DNA of 53,022 nt, filler included, from Stramenopiles sp. TOSAG23-6 (lineage: Eukaryota), in assembly GCA_900128565.1 (NCBI GenBank). It is 3 parts of 3 records of this genome, joined end to end, with 100 filler letters (N's around TTAATTAATTAA, not from the genome) between each part and the next. Parts side by side here need not be neighbours in the genome. Positions count along the whole stretch, not along the records: positions 1 to 17,734 come from LT636076.1; positions 17,835 to 35,406 come from LT636077.1; 1 more part is not named here. One strand, 5' to 3'. A program made the position numbers and the translations under genes. The notes under the pieces were generated by a model. It was not told where the DNA came from, did not search any database, and saw only the letters and a list, made by a program, of their open reading frames with translations. Below are positions 11,147 through 22,043 of this stretch, piece by piece. Every line of letters starts with the position of its first letter. Position 1 is the first letter of the stretch.

Positions 11147-13960
11147 TTAGAGTTCATGGATGTCTTGATTTGCGTTTTTTGAAAACAGATAACTCTCAAT
11201 CAAAACATAATCCAAATCCTTCAATTCATTTAACAATTGTAGAGCTTCCATAGCTCTATTTATGATAGGTCTACCTTTAGTATTAAATGAAGTGTTGCAT
11301 AACATTGGAAGCTTTGATGGTATACGTCGTCCAACTTCTTTCAATAACGAATAAAGCCAAGGCTCATCCAAATTTGTCACAGTTTGTGGACGGGCAGTTC
11401 CGTCATAATGCCATATCGCAGGTGCAAGTTGCTCCATTTCAGGTTTCAATCGTGGCGCAAAAGACATGAATGGAGATACAATAAATGAATCAGGTTCATC
11501 GAATACCAATGAAACACTGTCTAGAGTTAAAACAGGTGCAACAGGTCTCCACCATTCCCTAACTTTTAATCGATTAAGGCGTTCTTTCATGCCTTTCAAA
11601 GGTGCAGCTAACAAGCTCCTGTGTCCTAATGCTCTAGGTCCAAATTCCTGTCTTCCTCGAATGACTCCTACTATACTTCCACCTACTAGAATATCAGCGA
11701 GATCTGATACTTTAACCTTGACTGCATTATATTCATTTGCTATACTTTCAAGAGTTTTTCTTGGGTGACTACTCATTGAAATAGTTTTGTCTTTCCAGAT
11801 AAGATCCATAAGTTTGAACCCAACATATGCTAAATGTTGATGTGATATGAATTGTCTGTCTAGATTTTCATCTTTGCTAATCGTATAGTTTTTAGGTGGT
11901 TGATGCATCCAAGCAAAACCTACAGCCAATCCACCATCCCCTGGTGCTGATGGGACATGTACAGGAAGTTGAAATTCGCGCCTTATGCGGGAATTTAATA
12001 AGACATTGAGTGCCCCACCGCCAGCAATAGCGATACCATCTACAATGATATGTTGTGAAGCTAATTGCTTAACAATCTGCGATATATGTGAAATGACTTG
12101 TTCTTCTAACGCGGTTTGAATAGATGTAGCCATGTCACGTTGTGCATAATTGCATGAATTGTGTTTTGATTTATCATTTTTTGAGTCATTATCTACATTT
12201 TTGCATCTAGGGTCTCTCCGTAATAAATCCATGATAGCTAGACCTGATGATTTGTTAGATGAACCAAGATTCATATCAGAAAAACCGTGACGAACCCATT
12301 TTTGTTTTAATATTTTGACCCAGTCACGTTGGCCATTCTTTTTTCCGAGAGCCGAAAATCCCATAACTCTCCCAGGTATATTTGATGGCGTCCCCCAACA
12401 CTTTCCACTCAATGATGTGATATTTCTAAGACTGCTATTTACATCAACGTTACATTGAGCCAACCTTTGTGAAATATTCATTTTTTTATCATCCGATTTA
12501 TCTGATAACGTAGACCCATTTACTAAAGGTAGTGTGTACCCCATCGCAGCATAAGCCATTGTTGATAAATGAACCTTTTCAACCAATGCTAATCCATCTA
12601 AAGCTATATTAGATATTCCACCTTGGATGATATTATCCCATGCCATTTTCGATCTTGAAGATTTATAGCTTTCATTGTTGAACATTTTACGCCCCACAAA
12701 GATTTGTGTAGGTGCCACAGTAGTGAATAAATTCTTATTCATACCGATTGTTTCACCGCCTAATCCGTCAAAAGCCAACACAATTGCTGTACTGAATGGT
12801 GAATCCCAAAATGCAAGTGCAGCATGTCCACGGTGGTGAGGTGCAACAACCCATCGCTTCACAGGCCATTTACTATGATTGATAAACCAAGAATGATTTC
12901 TATCAGCACCAACAACACCAATATCGAACTGATACACATCAGTTTCCTCTTGTATAGTTTTTAGCGCAAGATTCCAATCTGCGCGAAATGCAGCAATATA
13001 TTTTTCATATGATTGAGCATCATTCATACGATGGCGTGGTGAATAATAACGAACTCCAAACAATCTCTCTAGCTCAAGAACAGATAAAACTTTTCCATCA
13101 CACACAATAGAAATACTCGCATCATGCTCTGTCGAGCCGACACTTAGAATACAGTACCGTTTATTAACACTTTTCGTGTTATTATTAGTGTAGCTGTGGT
13201 AGAATGTAGGGGGTGGTCTAGAATCTGATAATTCCACAATGTTGGTTGAAGGAAATTTTTCTATAAACTGAGCTAAATTCTCTGGACTTTGTGAGAGTTT
13301 CCATATTGATGTTTTTTGCATTATATTCCTGATATCACTTTCATTTTTATTCCGTTGAAGATTTAGTAAACGGATTCCTGTATTTGATAATTGATTAGTT
13401 GCAGAGCGAGCGTTTTCATCAAATTCATGAGTTGACTTGGAGTCATTTGACCCAATTACAAGAAAGTCACTTCTAGCAATCCAAGGATGGAAACACGAGC
13501 CGTCTGCATACTTCAGCCATGCGCATAGAGTGTATGATCCCGGAGTTGCACTAAACAATGGCGCGGAACTTGATAGCTGTGCTTGTGTCATACAAGTTGT
13601 ATTTTGTACTTTTCCAGACGAACTGAGAGAACCAACACAAATCAAAACTTTCTCGGTCTGAAGCAACTTACTGAACCATTTTTTACGACCTGAAAATTTG
13701 ACATAAACAGACATTTTAAGTGGTATCTTCAATTGTTTTGTACGTTTTTCCTTATTATGTGCCTGATTGCACTCATTAAAAGTTTGATCACGTAGAAGTT
13801 CTTCTGAACACCCTGAACCATCTACAGAAAGGGATTCACCATCCTGTGGATTATCAAAGAAAACTACAACATCTAAAACATCAGGTGTTCCATTACATAT
13901 AACTTCGGCAAGTGCAATAGAAAATTGGGGAATCAATATAATGAATAAGAATAGATTCAT
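11147..13960 (-). CDS. Carbamoyltransferase, NodU/CmcH/TobZ family, with signal peptide and N-terminal extension
   Basis: HDASI..LELERL, HHRGHA, FDGLG, GRVMG, AGGGALN, PGDGGLAVG, GRQEFGPRALGHRSLLA, KVREWWRPVAP, HYDGTARPQTV, NTSFN; N-terminus MNLFLFIILIPQFSIALA. Confidence 0.9.
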   Translation of the reverse strand: MNLFLFIILIPQFSIALAEVICNGTPDVLDVVVFFDNPQDGESLSVDGSGCSEELLRDQTFNECNQAHNKEKRTKQLKIPLKMSVYVKFSGRKKWFSKLLQTEKVLICVGSLSSSGKVQNTTCMTQAQLSSSAPLFSATPGSYTLCAWLKYADGSCFHPWIARSDFLVIGSNDSKSTHEFDENARSATNQLSNTGIRLLNLQRNKNESDIRNIMQKTSIWKLSQSPENLAQFIEKFPSTNIVELSDSRPPPTFYHSYTNNNTKSVNKRYCILSVGSTEHDASISIVCDGKVLSVLELERLFGVRYYSPRHRMNDAQSYEKYIAAFRADWNLALKTIQEETDVYQFDIGVVGADRNHSWFINHSKWPVKRWVVAPHHRGHAALAFWDSPFSTAIVLAFDGLGGETIGMNKNLFTTVAPTQIFVGRKMFNNESYKSSRSKMAWDNIIQGGISNIALDGLALVEKVHLSTMAYAAMGYTLPLVNGSTLSDKSDDKKMNISQRLAQCNVDVNSSLRNITSLSGKCWGTPSNIPGRVMGFSALGKKNGQRDWVKILKQKWVRHGFSDMNLGSSNKSSGLAIMDLLRRDPRCKNVDNDSKNDKSKHNSCNYAQRDMATSIQTALEEQVISHISQIVKQLASQHIIVDGIAIAGGGALNVLLNSRIRREFQLPVHVPSAPGDGGLAVGFAWMHQPPKNYTISKDENLDRQFISHQHLAYVGFKLMDLIWKDKTISMSSHPRKTLESIANEYNAVKVKVSDLADILVGGSIVGVIRGRQEFGPRALGHRSLLAAPLKGMKERLNRLKVREWWRPVAPVLTLDSVSLVFDEPDSFIVSPFMSFAPRLKPEMEQLAPAIWHYDGTARPQTVTNLDEPWLYSLLKEVGRRIPSKLPMLCNTSFNTKGRPIINRAMEALQLLNELKDLDYVLIESYLFSKNANQDIHEL

Positions 13961-14324
13961 TGTGAGAATCAAATGGATATATTCACCGTATACTATACAA
14001 TCTTGTCGGCAGTCTACTATTTATAACTCAAATAATAATAATTTCATACACGTAGAAAAAATCTCGCAAATTCATTTTTTGAAACGTTTGAAATTTTTAT
14101 TTCGAAATCCTCGGAAATACCTTTTTTTTTTTTTTTTTTAATGACAAACCTGTTTTGAAGCAAATTTCAATTGCAATGCAAAATACCTCAAAATAATACG
14201 CAATGGCGCAATGCTGTTATATTCAGGTTACATTGGATTTTTATTGACACATCTGAAAACAAGTGTGTGTCTTTATTTTTCTAGTTTCATCATTTTTATT
14301 CGACGAATTGCACTTTGTAAAGCA

Positions 14325-17056
14325 ATGCCAAGGCGAGCTACTAGCATGAAGATTTATGGTCGGCGTCGACGAAAAAAGCAACAGCCTTTAAACAAGTATG
14401 TAACTACGTTAACTGCGTGTGACGCTTTTGACTCTCTGACACCTTCGCCAGCACCACCACCACTTAAACGAAGCCCCCTCTCCAGAGATCTTTCATCAAG
14501 GAAGAGAACTCCCGTCGTCATTCGAGATGATTCACTTGTCCCTGGACAATTGTTGTCTCCAAATTCCTCATTCCCAGTTTATATGGATAATAATATTGCA
14601 ACCCCGCAAACCCCCTCAAATAAACAGTTTCGGTACCCCAAAATGGCACCTGAGCGAAATCCCTTCGCACCGGAATTAAAATATTCACAACCGCTTCGCG
14701 ATCTGGGCCAACAGCCTCATCAATTAAGCAATAAGCCCATGTTAAACACTATGGATATGATTAATGTACTACGAAAAAATGGCGCACATTTATCGCGGAA
14801 ATACAAAGTTACCCCCAACAAGCTACATTCTCAACCTAGCAGTCAAGGATATACACAAGGAAACACGAAATCAATGAAAGGATATACACAAGGAAACAAA
14901 CGAAAGAGTCCGTTCACGACAAATAATTCTTTTCGACAAACTCGAAGTACTACAAACAAACGAAAGAGTCCGTTCACGTCTAACCCTAACCCTAATTCTT
15001 TTCGACAAACTCGAAGTACTACAAGACGACGACTTGAGAAATCTGCAGAGAATAATAATATGATGTCTAGTATACTACTCACACCTACGAAAAACACGAA
15101 AAAGAGTCGTTTGGAGATTCCCATAATCAATAAAAAAGTAACGCAAAACATTCAAAACATCCAAAACATCCAAAAAATGAAAATCGTCAAGAATTCAGTG
15201 AATTCAGACGATCCAATTCAAAATGATATCGAACAAATTATTATACCATCATCTATTGGTTCTATTGATCCAATTGATTCATCAATAATACAATCATCTA
15301 TTGGTTCTATTGATCCAATTGATTCATCATTGGTTGATTCGTCTTCGTTCTCAAGTAATCAAAAAAAACAAAAAAAAACATTACATTCAAAACCAGTTAG
15401 CTCCAGCACAACTCGGAGAACAAAAACAACTAAAACAACAAAAACAACAAAAACAACTAAAACAACTAAAACAACTAAAACAACAGTACAATCAAAAAAA
15501 AGAATCACAAAAAAAAAAAAGATTGAGTTTAATTCAAATGTGAGAAGAAATCATTTCAAAAAATGTAAATATCAATGGTCAGTTACAAAATGTCTTGATG
15601 GTTCAACGAAAGTTTTTGATTGGAACAACATGGAAAATTGCAGTACAACTTCGAATACAAAAAATGAAACAATTAAAGATTGGATTGTTCATGTACGCCA
15701 TATCATTTTTTTGTCTATATTTTTTTCGTACGAAATTTTGTACCTAATAACAAACATCTTGTAATATTTTTTCACAATACATGTACGCTATATCATTTCA
15801 TTTCAAATTGTTTTTTTTCCTGTGCATAATTCAATGTTTTGTACTTGAATTTTATACTTAATGAATTTCGAATTTGACATGTTTTTTTTCTATACAGAGA
15901 GGATTGTCGCCAGCTTTATCTACTCTATGGAATGCTCAACAAATGTATGTTTTATTTTATTTTATTTTTTTTTTCCGGTAAAAAAAAAATCGATTTTGGT
16001 TTTTATAAAAATTTTGTACCTAACAATTTTTTTTTAGATTTTTGAAATATTTTTCCAAAATACATTTTTGTGAAACTCAAAGATAAACTTAATACAAATC
16101 CAAGGTATAAAAGCATCAGGTCAAAAACTACCGGTGATGAAAAAAGGTGTGAAAAACGCATTCAACAATTGAAAGCTTTGAGAGTGAATATTGATCAATC
16201 ATGGCTCTATGGAGTGTTTAAGCTGGAAGGAATTTCAAAGATACAAAAAGAAGAAGAGATAGCTATAAAAACTTTGGAGTGTCCAGTGGAATTGCGCTCA
16301 GCATCGATCTGTTCATATGGTGGTGCATCCTCTTCAATACTATCTGAAAATTCACGTGTATTCTATATAAATCATATACAGAAACAAGCACAATATTATA
16401 AACGACAACATCAACAAAAACTGAATGTAATGTACAATAATACCGACATGACCAAAAAACCAAAGCAGCAGCAAAAACATGAAAATAAATCGAATGTTGG
16501 TTTGAGTAAGGAAATGAATCAAAGACAACAAATAAGAATAGAAAATGACTTTCTTGAAAAGAATTCGAATAAAAATGTTTATTCAAATACGCAAAACACC
16601 AATAAAAAGTCATTTTTTGATACTCCAGATCAAAATGAAAGCAAAACCAAATCAAATAGTTTTTTTTCTTCGTCACCTGTATTAGTCAATACAACACCAA
16701 TCGTAACATCAAGCTCAAATATAGAATCGAAAGAAATGATTGCAGATAAAAGAGATGAAAACCAAATCGTGCAATTACCTCTCAATGTATGTTTTATTTT
16801 TTTTCAAATTCGAATTTTGTTTTGTACGAAATTTTGTACCTAACAAATTTTATTTTTTTTTTTTAAATATTTTTCCAAAATACATGCCAATGTAAATTAT
16901 GCTAGTATTATAGAAAAGCAAAAAGTAAAAAACCAAAAAAGTGAAAATAAAATTATAGAAAAAACAATTGAAGAACTTAATTCGCCAATCAATGATCAAA
17001 ACCAAACGAATTCGGAAAGTTATAGTTATGGACATGATCCTATACGCTCAAGCACC

Positions 17057-17099
<43 letters not shown>

Positions 17100-17100
17100 C

Positions 17101-17131
<31 letters not shown>

Positions 17132-17650
17132 ACAGTATATTTGGAAGAGAAGAAGCAATCTTTGAAAACATTTAGAAAAAGAATGAAAAAGGTTTCAAAT
17201 GGTATAGATGAATTAGATCAGAAAGATATACAAATTTCACTACTATCTCACCGTCCTCGTATGATTGATAGCTCAACACAAATAATTACCAGAAAAAAAT
17301 CAGCAAAGACTCAAACTTGTGTAAAAACAGTCAATGCATCATCAAATACTAGTATAAAGAGCAATGCAGTAATGACTCAAACTTTTGTAGATACAGTCGA
17401 TACATCATCGAATACAATGACAAAGAGGAATTCTTCTGTGTATACGAATACAGATGTACGTTTTCAATTTCGAATTTCGATTTTTTTTTTGGTACGAAAT
17501 TTTGTACCTAACAATTGTTTTTTTGAAAATATTTTCCAAAAATACATGCTATACAACATGTCGATCAAAGTTGTAATACAACTCCTGTAATAAAACCTAT
17601 TATGAAATGTAACTCGACATGCACTGAACAAAAACAGTTTAAATGTGTAT
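14325..17650 (+). CDS. Uncharacterised low-complexity protein, 3' partial; exons 14325..15692, 15898..15944, 16066..16786, 16886..17455, 17548..17650
   Basis: Frame is continuous across all junctions when the repeated introns are removed; TTK repeats and poly-Asp; runs into the contig gap. Confidence 0.65.
15693..15782 (+). mobile_element. Non-canonical repeated intron (GT..AT, 90 nt) abutting a GT-AG intron
   Basis: CAT|GTACGC..TTCGTACGAAATTTTGTACCTAAT..CACAATACAT|GTACGC. Confidence 0.75.
15783..15897 (+). other. GT-AG intron (115 nt) related to the repeated family
   Basis: GTACGCTATATCATTT..TTTTGTACTT..TATACAG|AGA; frame continues RGLSPALSTLW. Confidence 0.7.
15945..16065 (+). mobile_element. 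Non-canonical repeated intron (GT..AT, 121 nt, phase 2)
   Basis: CAAAT|GTATGT..GTACCTAAC..AAAATACAT|TTTTGTG gives QQIFVKLKD. Confidence 0.8.
16787..16885 (+). mobile_element. Non-canonical repeated intron (GT..AT, 99 nt, phase 0)
   Basis: AAT|GTATGT..GTACCTAAC..AAAATACAT|GCC; contains an in-frame stop, so it must be removed. Confidence 0.85.
17057..17131 (+). repeat. (GAT)n microsatellite encoding poly-Asp
   Basis: About 25 GAT units with one GCT interruption. Confidence 0.9.
17456..17547 (+). mobile_element. Non-canonical repeated intron (GT..AT, 92 nt, phase 0)
   Basis: GAT|GTACGT..GTACCTAAC..AAAATACAT|GCT. Confidence 0.8.
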
Positions 17651-17734
17651 GTATGTTTTATTTTTTTTTTTGTATGATGTTTTTTTCGTACGAAATTTTG
17701 TACCTAACGATTTTTTTTTGAAATATTTTTCCAA
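17651..17734 (+). mobile_element. Non-canonical repeated intron, truncated by contig end
   Basis: TAT|GTATGT..TTCGTACGAAATTTTGTACCTAAC..TTTTTCCAA, then gap. Confidence 0.8.
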
Positions 17735-17834
17735 NNNNNNNNNNNNNNNNNNNNNNNNNNNNNNNNNNNNNNNNNNNNTTAATTAATTAANNNNNNNNNN
17801 NNNNNNNNNNNNNNNNNNNNNNNNNNNNNNNNNN
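17735..17834. other. Artificial contig spacer
   Basis: 44 N + TTAATTAATTAA (stops in all frames) + 44 N. Confidence 0.95.
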
Positions 17835-17930
17835 TTTTTTTTTTTACCAAAAAANTCGATTTTTTTTCGTACGTAATTTTGTACCTAACAAATTTTAGTT
17901 TTTTTTTTTAAATATTTTTTCATAATACAT
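17835..17930 (+). mobile_element. Non-canonical repeated intron, 5' end lost in the gap
   Basis: TTCGTACGTAATTTTGTACCTAAC..CATAATACAT|CTTCC. Confidence 0.8.
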
Positions 17931-19587
17931 CTTCCCATGATTCTGCTGAAAGAATTCCTCTTAAAGAAAGGAAGAACACAATCACTAGTTTTTCTCGTAG
18001 TGCTGCTGGTTCAACTGGTTTTTTAAATGCAAAGAACATAAATCCAAGTTTTTCTCGTAGTGCTGCTGGTTCTCCACCTCGCATTCGTCGAAATATGAAG
18101 AATACATCACTTCACGAAATTAGGGGACATGAGATTAAAACTAAAAGATCAAACAAAACATCTGGGTCGATGAGAATACGGCAGAGATTGACAAGGCAGA
18201 ATGTTCATCATCTTGGTACAGGTCCACGTTACCGCAGTATGTTAATGTACGTTTTCATCATGAATTTCAAATTTATTTATTTTTTTTGTATGAAAATGTC
18301 GTACCTAACGATTTTTTTTATCCACAAAAAAAAACAATATTTTTCACAATTTATTAACCCTGGTCGCAGTCTTGTATTTGGTGTTGGTGATCGTATATTT
18401 ATACTAGCGCAAAATGTAAGACAGCGAAATGATGTACTTGAATGGTGCACTGAAATAGAAGAAAGTGTTAGACGAATGTACGTTTCATATGAATTTCTAA
18501 TTTAAGTTTTTTTTTTCATACGAAATTTCGTACCTAACGATTTTAATGTTTGAAATATTTTTTCATAATCCATGATTTTGGTATCATTAAACATGTTGGG
18601 AATCCTGCGCTCATTGTCAAATCTATTAATGAAAAGAATATAAAAGAAGCGACTAAGAATATCTTTGGGACGGACCAGGTCACACTTTTACGAATAGTGG
18701 TAAAAACACTAATTGGTGGAAGCTCTGGTTATGTCATTGACCCACGAGAGTACTTAGGAGCACCAGAAACTGATAGTTTTTGTGCATTTTCTATTCCTAT
18801 GCCAAACACAGTAGCGTTTAAGGTCCAGGAAGCAACCAAACCACAGCGTCAACGGTTATATACTCCATACACAAAGACGATTAATAAACGTATGGAGACA
18901 AGTGAAGGTCATATGACTAGTTGGACCAACAAGCTTCAATTCCATGCATATTATTCATCCCTTCCAGGTACAGATCGATTTGATGTGTATTGGAAGAGAG
19001 ATGGAGCGACACGTAATTATTTCAAGTGTGCTCGTAAGGCCGCAGATCCTTGGGGTTGGTTCTTTATGTATTCATTTTATGCATATCCACTGGTTCGTAT
19101 TGACGTGTATAAATCACTGAAAACAGAACATACGTACTATTTTAGTGGTAGTGAAAAGATGACAAATATACCACCACCTGACCCTGAAGAATTTGAACAT
19201 GAGTTTTCATTCTATGCTCTACAATATCAAATGACTGGAACTATCAACTTTAACTGCATGCATACCGACAAAAGACAAGTTGGTGATGATCCGGGTATTA
19301 CACGATCACTTAGATCGCGATGCAGTTCCGAAGCACCACATTCCATATGGGAACATAACTGCCAATTTTATGCTTTTGATACACCAATACGGGGCACTAA
19401 TCGATTACAAATTCAGATATCTATTGATGACCCAGTAAGATATCGTATTACGCCAGAATTTATGATAAAAGGTCCATGGAGACATCTCAATACAGTTTAT
19501 GTTTTAGGAATTGTATCCCCAGATGCTGTAAAGTTTGCCCATGGTGCACCAGATCCTGGAAAAGCTTTGTCAGCACTGGTTTCATAG
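17931..19587 (+). CDS. 3' part of a gene with a BK/Slo K+-channel-like tail motif and an unknown C-terminal region; exons 17931..18246, 18355..18477, 18570..19587
   Basis: Spliced RYRSMLINPGRSLVFGVGDRIFILAQ resembles the RCK2 end of Slo channels (RYVITNP....L...D.IF.L). The family call rests on this one motif. Confidence 0.5.
18247..18354 (+). mobile_element. Non-canonical repeated intron (GT..TTTAT, 108 nt, phase 2, stop-free in frame)
   Basis: TTAAT|GTACGT..GTACCTAAC..CACAATTTAT|TAAC gives MLINPG. Confidence 0.75.
18478..18569 (+). mobile_element. Non-canonical repeated intron (GT..TAAT, 92 nt, phase 2)
   Basis: CGAAT|GTACGT..GTACCTAAC..TTCATAAT|CCATGAT joins to ORF 18550 (RIHDFG); the 3' end was chosen by frame. 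Confidence 0.65.
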
Positions 19588-19700
19588 TAACCTTAGCCTC
19601 GAATTAAATAAATACAACTCAATGTCTATAAAAAATAAAATATTAGTAATTACATACAACTTTAATACCTAAAAGGAATAAACTTGGATACTACTCTACA

Positions 19701-21542
19701 CTACCCTTTTTGTTTTCCAACGTAAGAAACGTTCTTCTCTCCAAGTTGAGAATTAATAACGAGTAATCTTCCTAACTTTTCAGTATCCTCTGCTCTACAT
19801 GTACTGCCAACACGAAACTGTTCTACTTTCATTGCCACAGCTAAATCAGCCGAAAACGTGTCACTTGTTGAACCCGGTGTATTTGCGACAATGACTGCAG
19901 TACCTCCACTTTGAAATGATTTGCACAATTCAATCGTCTCTGTCACAGATGAGCAAGTTCGAGCAGCATTCAAGACAGCACCACCGAAACAACCCCGTTG
20001 CTGACCCATTTTAAAATTTGTCGTTCCCACAAGAGTATCAGCTACTACTACTAGAGGATTGCCAGATTTCGTTTCGGAATTCTGTAATTGTCCCCAGAAT
20101 GAAAGAGCATCATTCATCAATGGATCATCAACAAAACAAACGGCATATCGTTTAACAATACGCTTTATATAAGCTACAAGATCCTCTGCTTCAAGTTGAT
20201 CTTCTTCACGATGAACGTTGCACTTATAACCAAGGTCATATAATGCCCTTGTCGCCATATCATCTTGTTCAGTATTCTCTTCTTTTACACTCTTACCGGC
20301 ATTAGGTACATGGAAAAAATTTGATGCTGCAATACTCATACCAATCATAACCTTACCCTCACANTGTGCGGCAATGATACACTTATTCAAATAATCCACA
20401 GCTTCTTTAAGTCCTGGTGTTTTTTCATCACTTTTATCNGATTCATCTACAAAAGACGCACCTACCTCTTTTGTATTTGATCCAATAAATTCTGGGATAA
20501 ATCCACCATTAGCTGCACGGTACATCTTTTTTGGTGCTAGACGATCTACTGCTTCTTCAAGTAAAGTCGCAAATTGTACAGCTTCTGAAAAATTCTTCGC
20601 TCCTGAAGGGACTACATGTAAAGAATGAATAGGAAGTGTGCAATTACTCGAATTATTCCCACTACTTAATAAGCTAAATACTGGAACGGGAANATAATAT
20701 TTACTATCTGGTCGCTCTGCTAAATCTGCCAAATGACTATATACTTCGCTGGAATTTTCTTTNGCGCCTGCTCGACAAACTGCCTGTGAAACAGCGAGTG
20801 ATGCACACCTTAAAACAATCTTCTGTACATTATATTTCAAGGTTTTTGCAAGTTTCTTTTTACGCATTTCGACAGTTTCAAGGACTCCATCTTCATCATA
20901 CTTCTGCTGCTGCAGTTTTTGCTCCTTTTCTTCTTGCATCTGTTTCTTAGCATCGGATTGCTCTCTTTTCCGGAAAGCTACTTTTAGCATTGAATCTACT
21001 AAACGTTGGTCAGTTGGATCCTGACGATTTAATGCACCTGCAACGTTTGCGCTTGTAACAAATTTNGATGTCTCAGAAACNACCTCTGATATAACATTAT
21101 GATAATCCTCATAAGAAAGTATTACATTTTTAAGTGTTTTGAGACGAATTTTCTCTTTTTCAGCTTCGCTGAGGTTTTCTTCCTCACTTTGAGAATTTTC
21201 ACCTGTTNGTTTATTTTCTTCTTCAGTCGTCTCTGAGATTTGTTCTATTGGTAAAACGTCCGGAACATCAATCCCAGTTGAAACTGAAGAACGAAATACC
21301 CCATTCCGTGTTGTGACCATCACTTCGATNGCTGCTCTACCAAGACCATCAAAAGTAGATCGAGCTTTCACACTTAATAAACCTTGGAGAGATGGTGCCT
21401 GAAGTTTCAGCAACTGTGAAATGGAAGCAAAAGGGTCTGAAGGGAGGCCACGTAGCGATATGTTCAATATTTCATTCATCTTCTGCTCTACTTTGTGCTT
21501 CCGAAGGTAATCTCGCATCTCAGTGGTAAAATTTCCCGACAT
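19701..21542 (-). CDS. ENO4: Enolase-like protein, ENO4 type, with N-terminal RIIa/Dpy-30-like dimerisation helix
   Basis: YLRKHKVEQKMNEILN..LPSDPF, VKARSTFDGLG, PVPVFSLL, GAKNFSEA, TSDTFSADLAVA; catalytic motifs are degenerate. Confidence 0.7.
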   Translation of the reverse strand: MSGNFTTEMRDYLRKHKVEQKMNEILNISLRGLPSDPFASISQLLKLQAPSLQGLLSVKARSTFDGLGRAXIEVMVTTRNGVFRSSVSTGIDVPDVLPIEQISETTEEENKXTGENSQSEEENLSEAEKEKIRLKTLKNVILSYEDYHNVISEXVSETXKFVTSANVAGALNRQDPTDQRLVDSMLKVAFRKREQSDAKKQMQEEKEQKLQQQKYDEDGVLETVEMRKKKLAKTLKYNVQKIVLRCASLAVSQAVCRAGXKENSSEVYSHLADLAERPDSKYYXPVPVFSLLSSGNNSSNCTLPIHSLHVVPSGAKNFSEAVQFATLLEEAVDRLAPKKMYRAANGGFIPEFIGSNTKEVGASFVDEXDKSDEKTPGLKEAVDYLNKCIIAAXCEGKVMIGMSIAASNFFHVPNAGKSVKEENTEQDDMATRALYDLGYKCNVHREEDQLEAEDLVAYIKRIVKRYAVCFVDDPLMNDALSFWGQLQNSETKSGNPLVVVADTLVGTTNFKMGQQRGCFGGAVLNAARTCSSVTETIELCKSFQSGGTAVIVANTPGSTSDTFSADLAVAMKVEQFRVGSTCRAEDTEKLGRLLVINSQLGEKNVSYVGKQKG

Positions 21543-22043
21543 TTTTAATCAAAGAGTGGTGTACTTTGTTTCTTCCTTTGTTTCTTCCTGGAAGAAAAGA
21601 AAAAAAGTAAAAAACGAAACCGTTCTGCGTTAGAAGAACCGAACGAACGTTTAATTATAACTGCCAACCAGGAGCAGGTTTGTGAATTAATAATTGTACA
21701 TCATGAAAGGCACTTTAAAGTTTGTTTCAAATCTGATCGAATATATTTTTAAAAACTTGGGAAATGTAAAATTAATTGCCGTATATTTTTAGTGTTTTGG
21801 CGTCTGCAGATGTGTAACTTATAATACTACTAATGGCAACCAGAATTATTTAGCTAAAAAAAAATGTTTAATGCTCGTTTCATTATTATTTCAAATAATA
21901 GTCATTGTTGAAGCAGCCCAGTTTAGGATTTTGCTGAAAGAGACGTGCTTCAACTAATACTTGTTTAATGTTGGGTACAATAGTGTAATTTTTGATAGTT
22001 CTATACTTTTCAACGATTGATATTTTCCAAAGATATTAATCAA

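Noticed and set aside
14981-14995. TAACCCTAACCCTAA as a promoter or telomere motif
   Set aside because: Lies inside a coding region (NPNPN).
16968-17165. Poly-Met ORF
   Set aside because: Alternative frame of the GAT (poly-Asp) repeat.
17735-17834. TTAATTAATTAA palindrome within N runs (also 35407..35506)
   Set aside because: Identical 100-nt synthetic spacer used to join contigs; not biological, and adjacency across it is meaningless.
15693-18569. Clustered repeats as a CRISPR array
   Set aside because: Eukaryotic context, repeats of about 90-120 nt with variable sequence, and the spacers are coding exons of irregular length.
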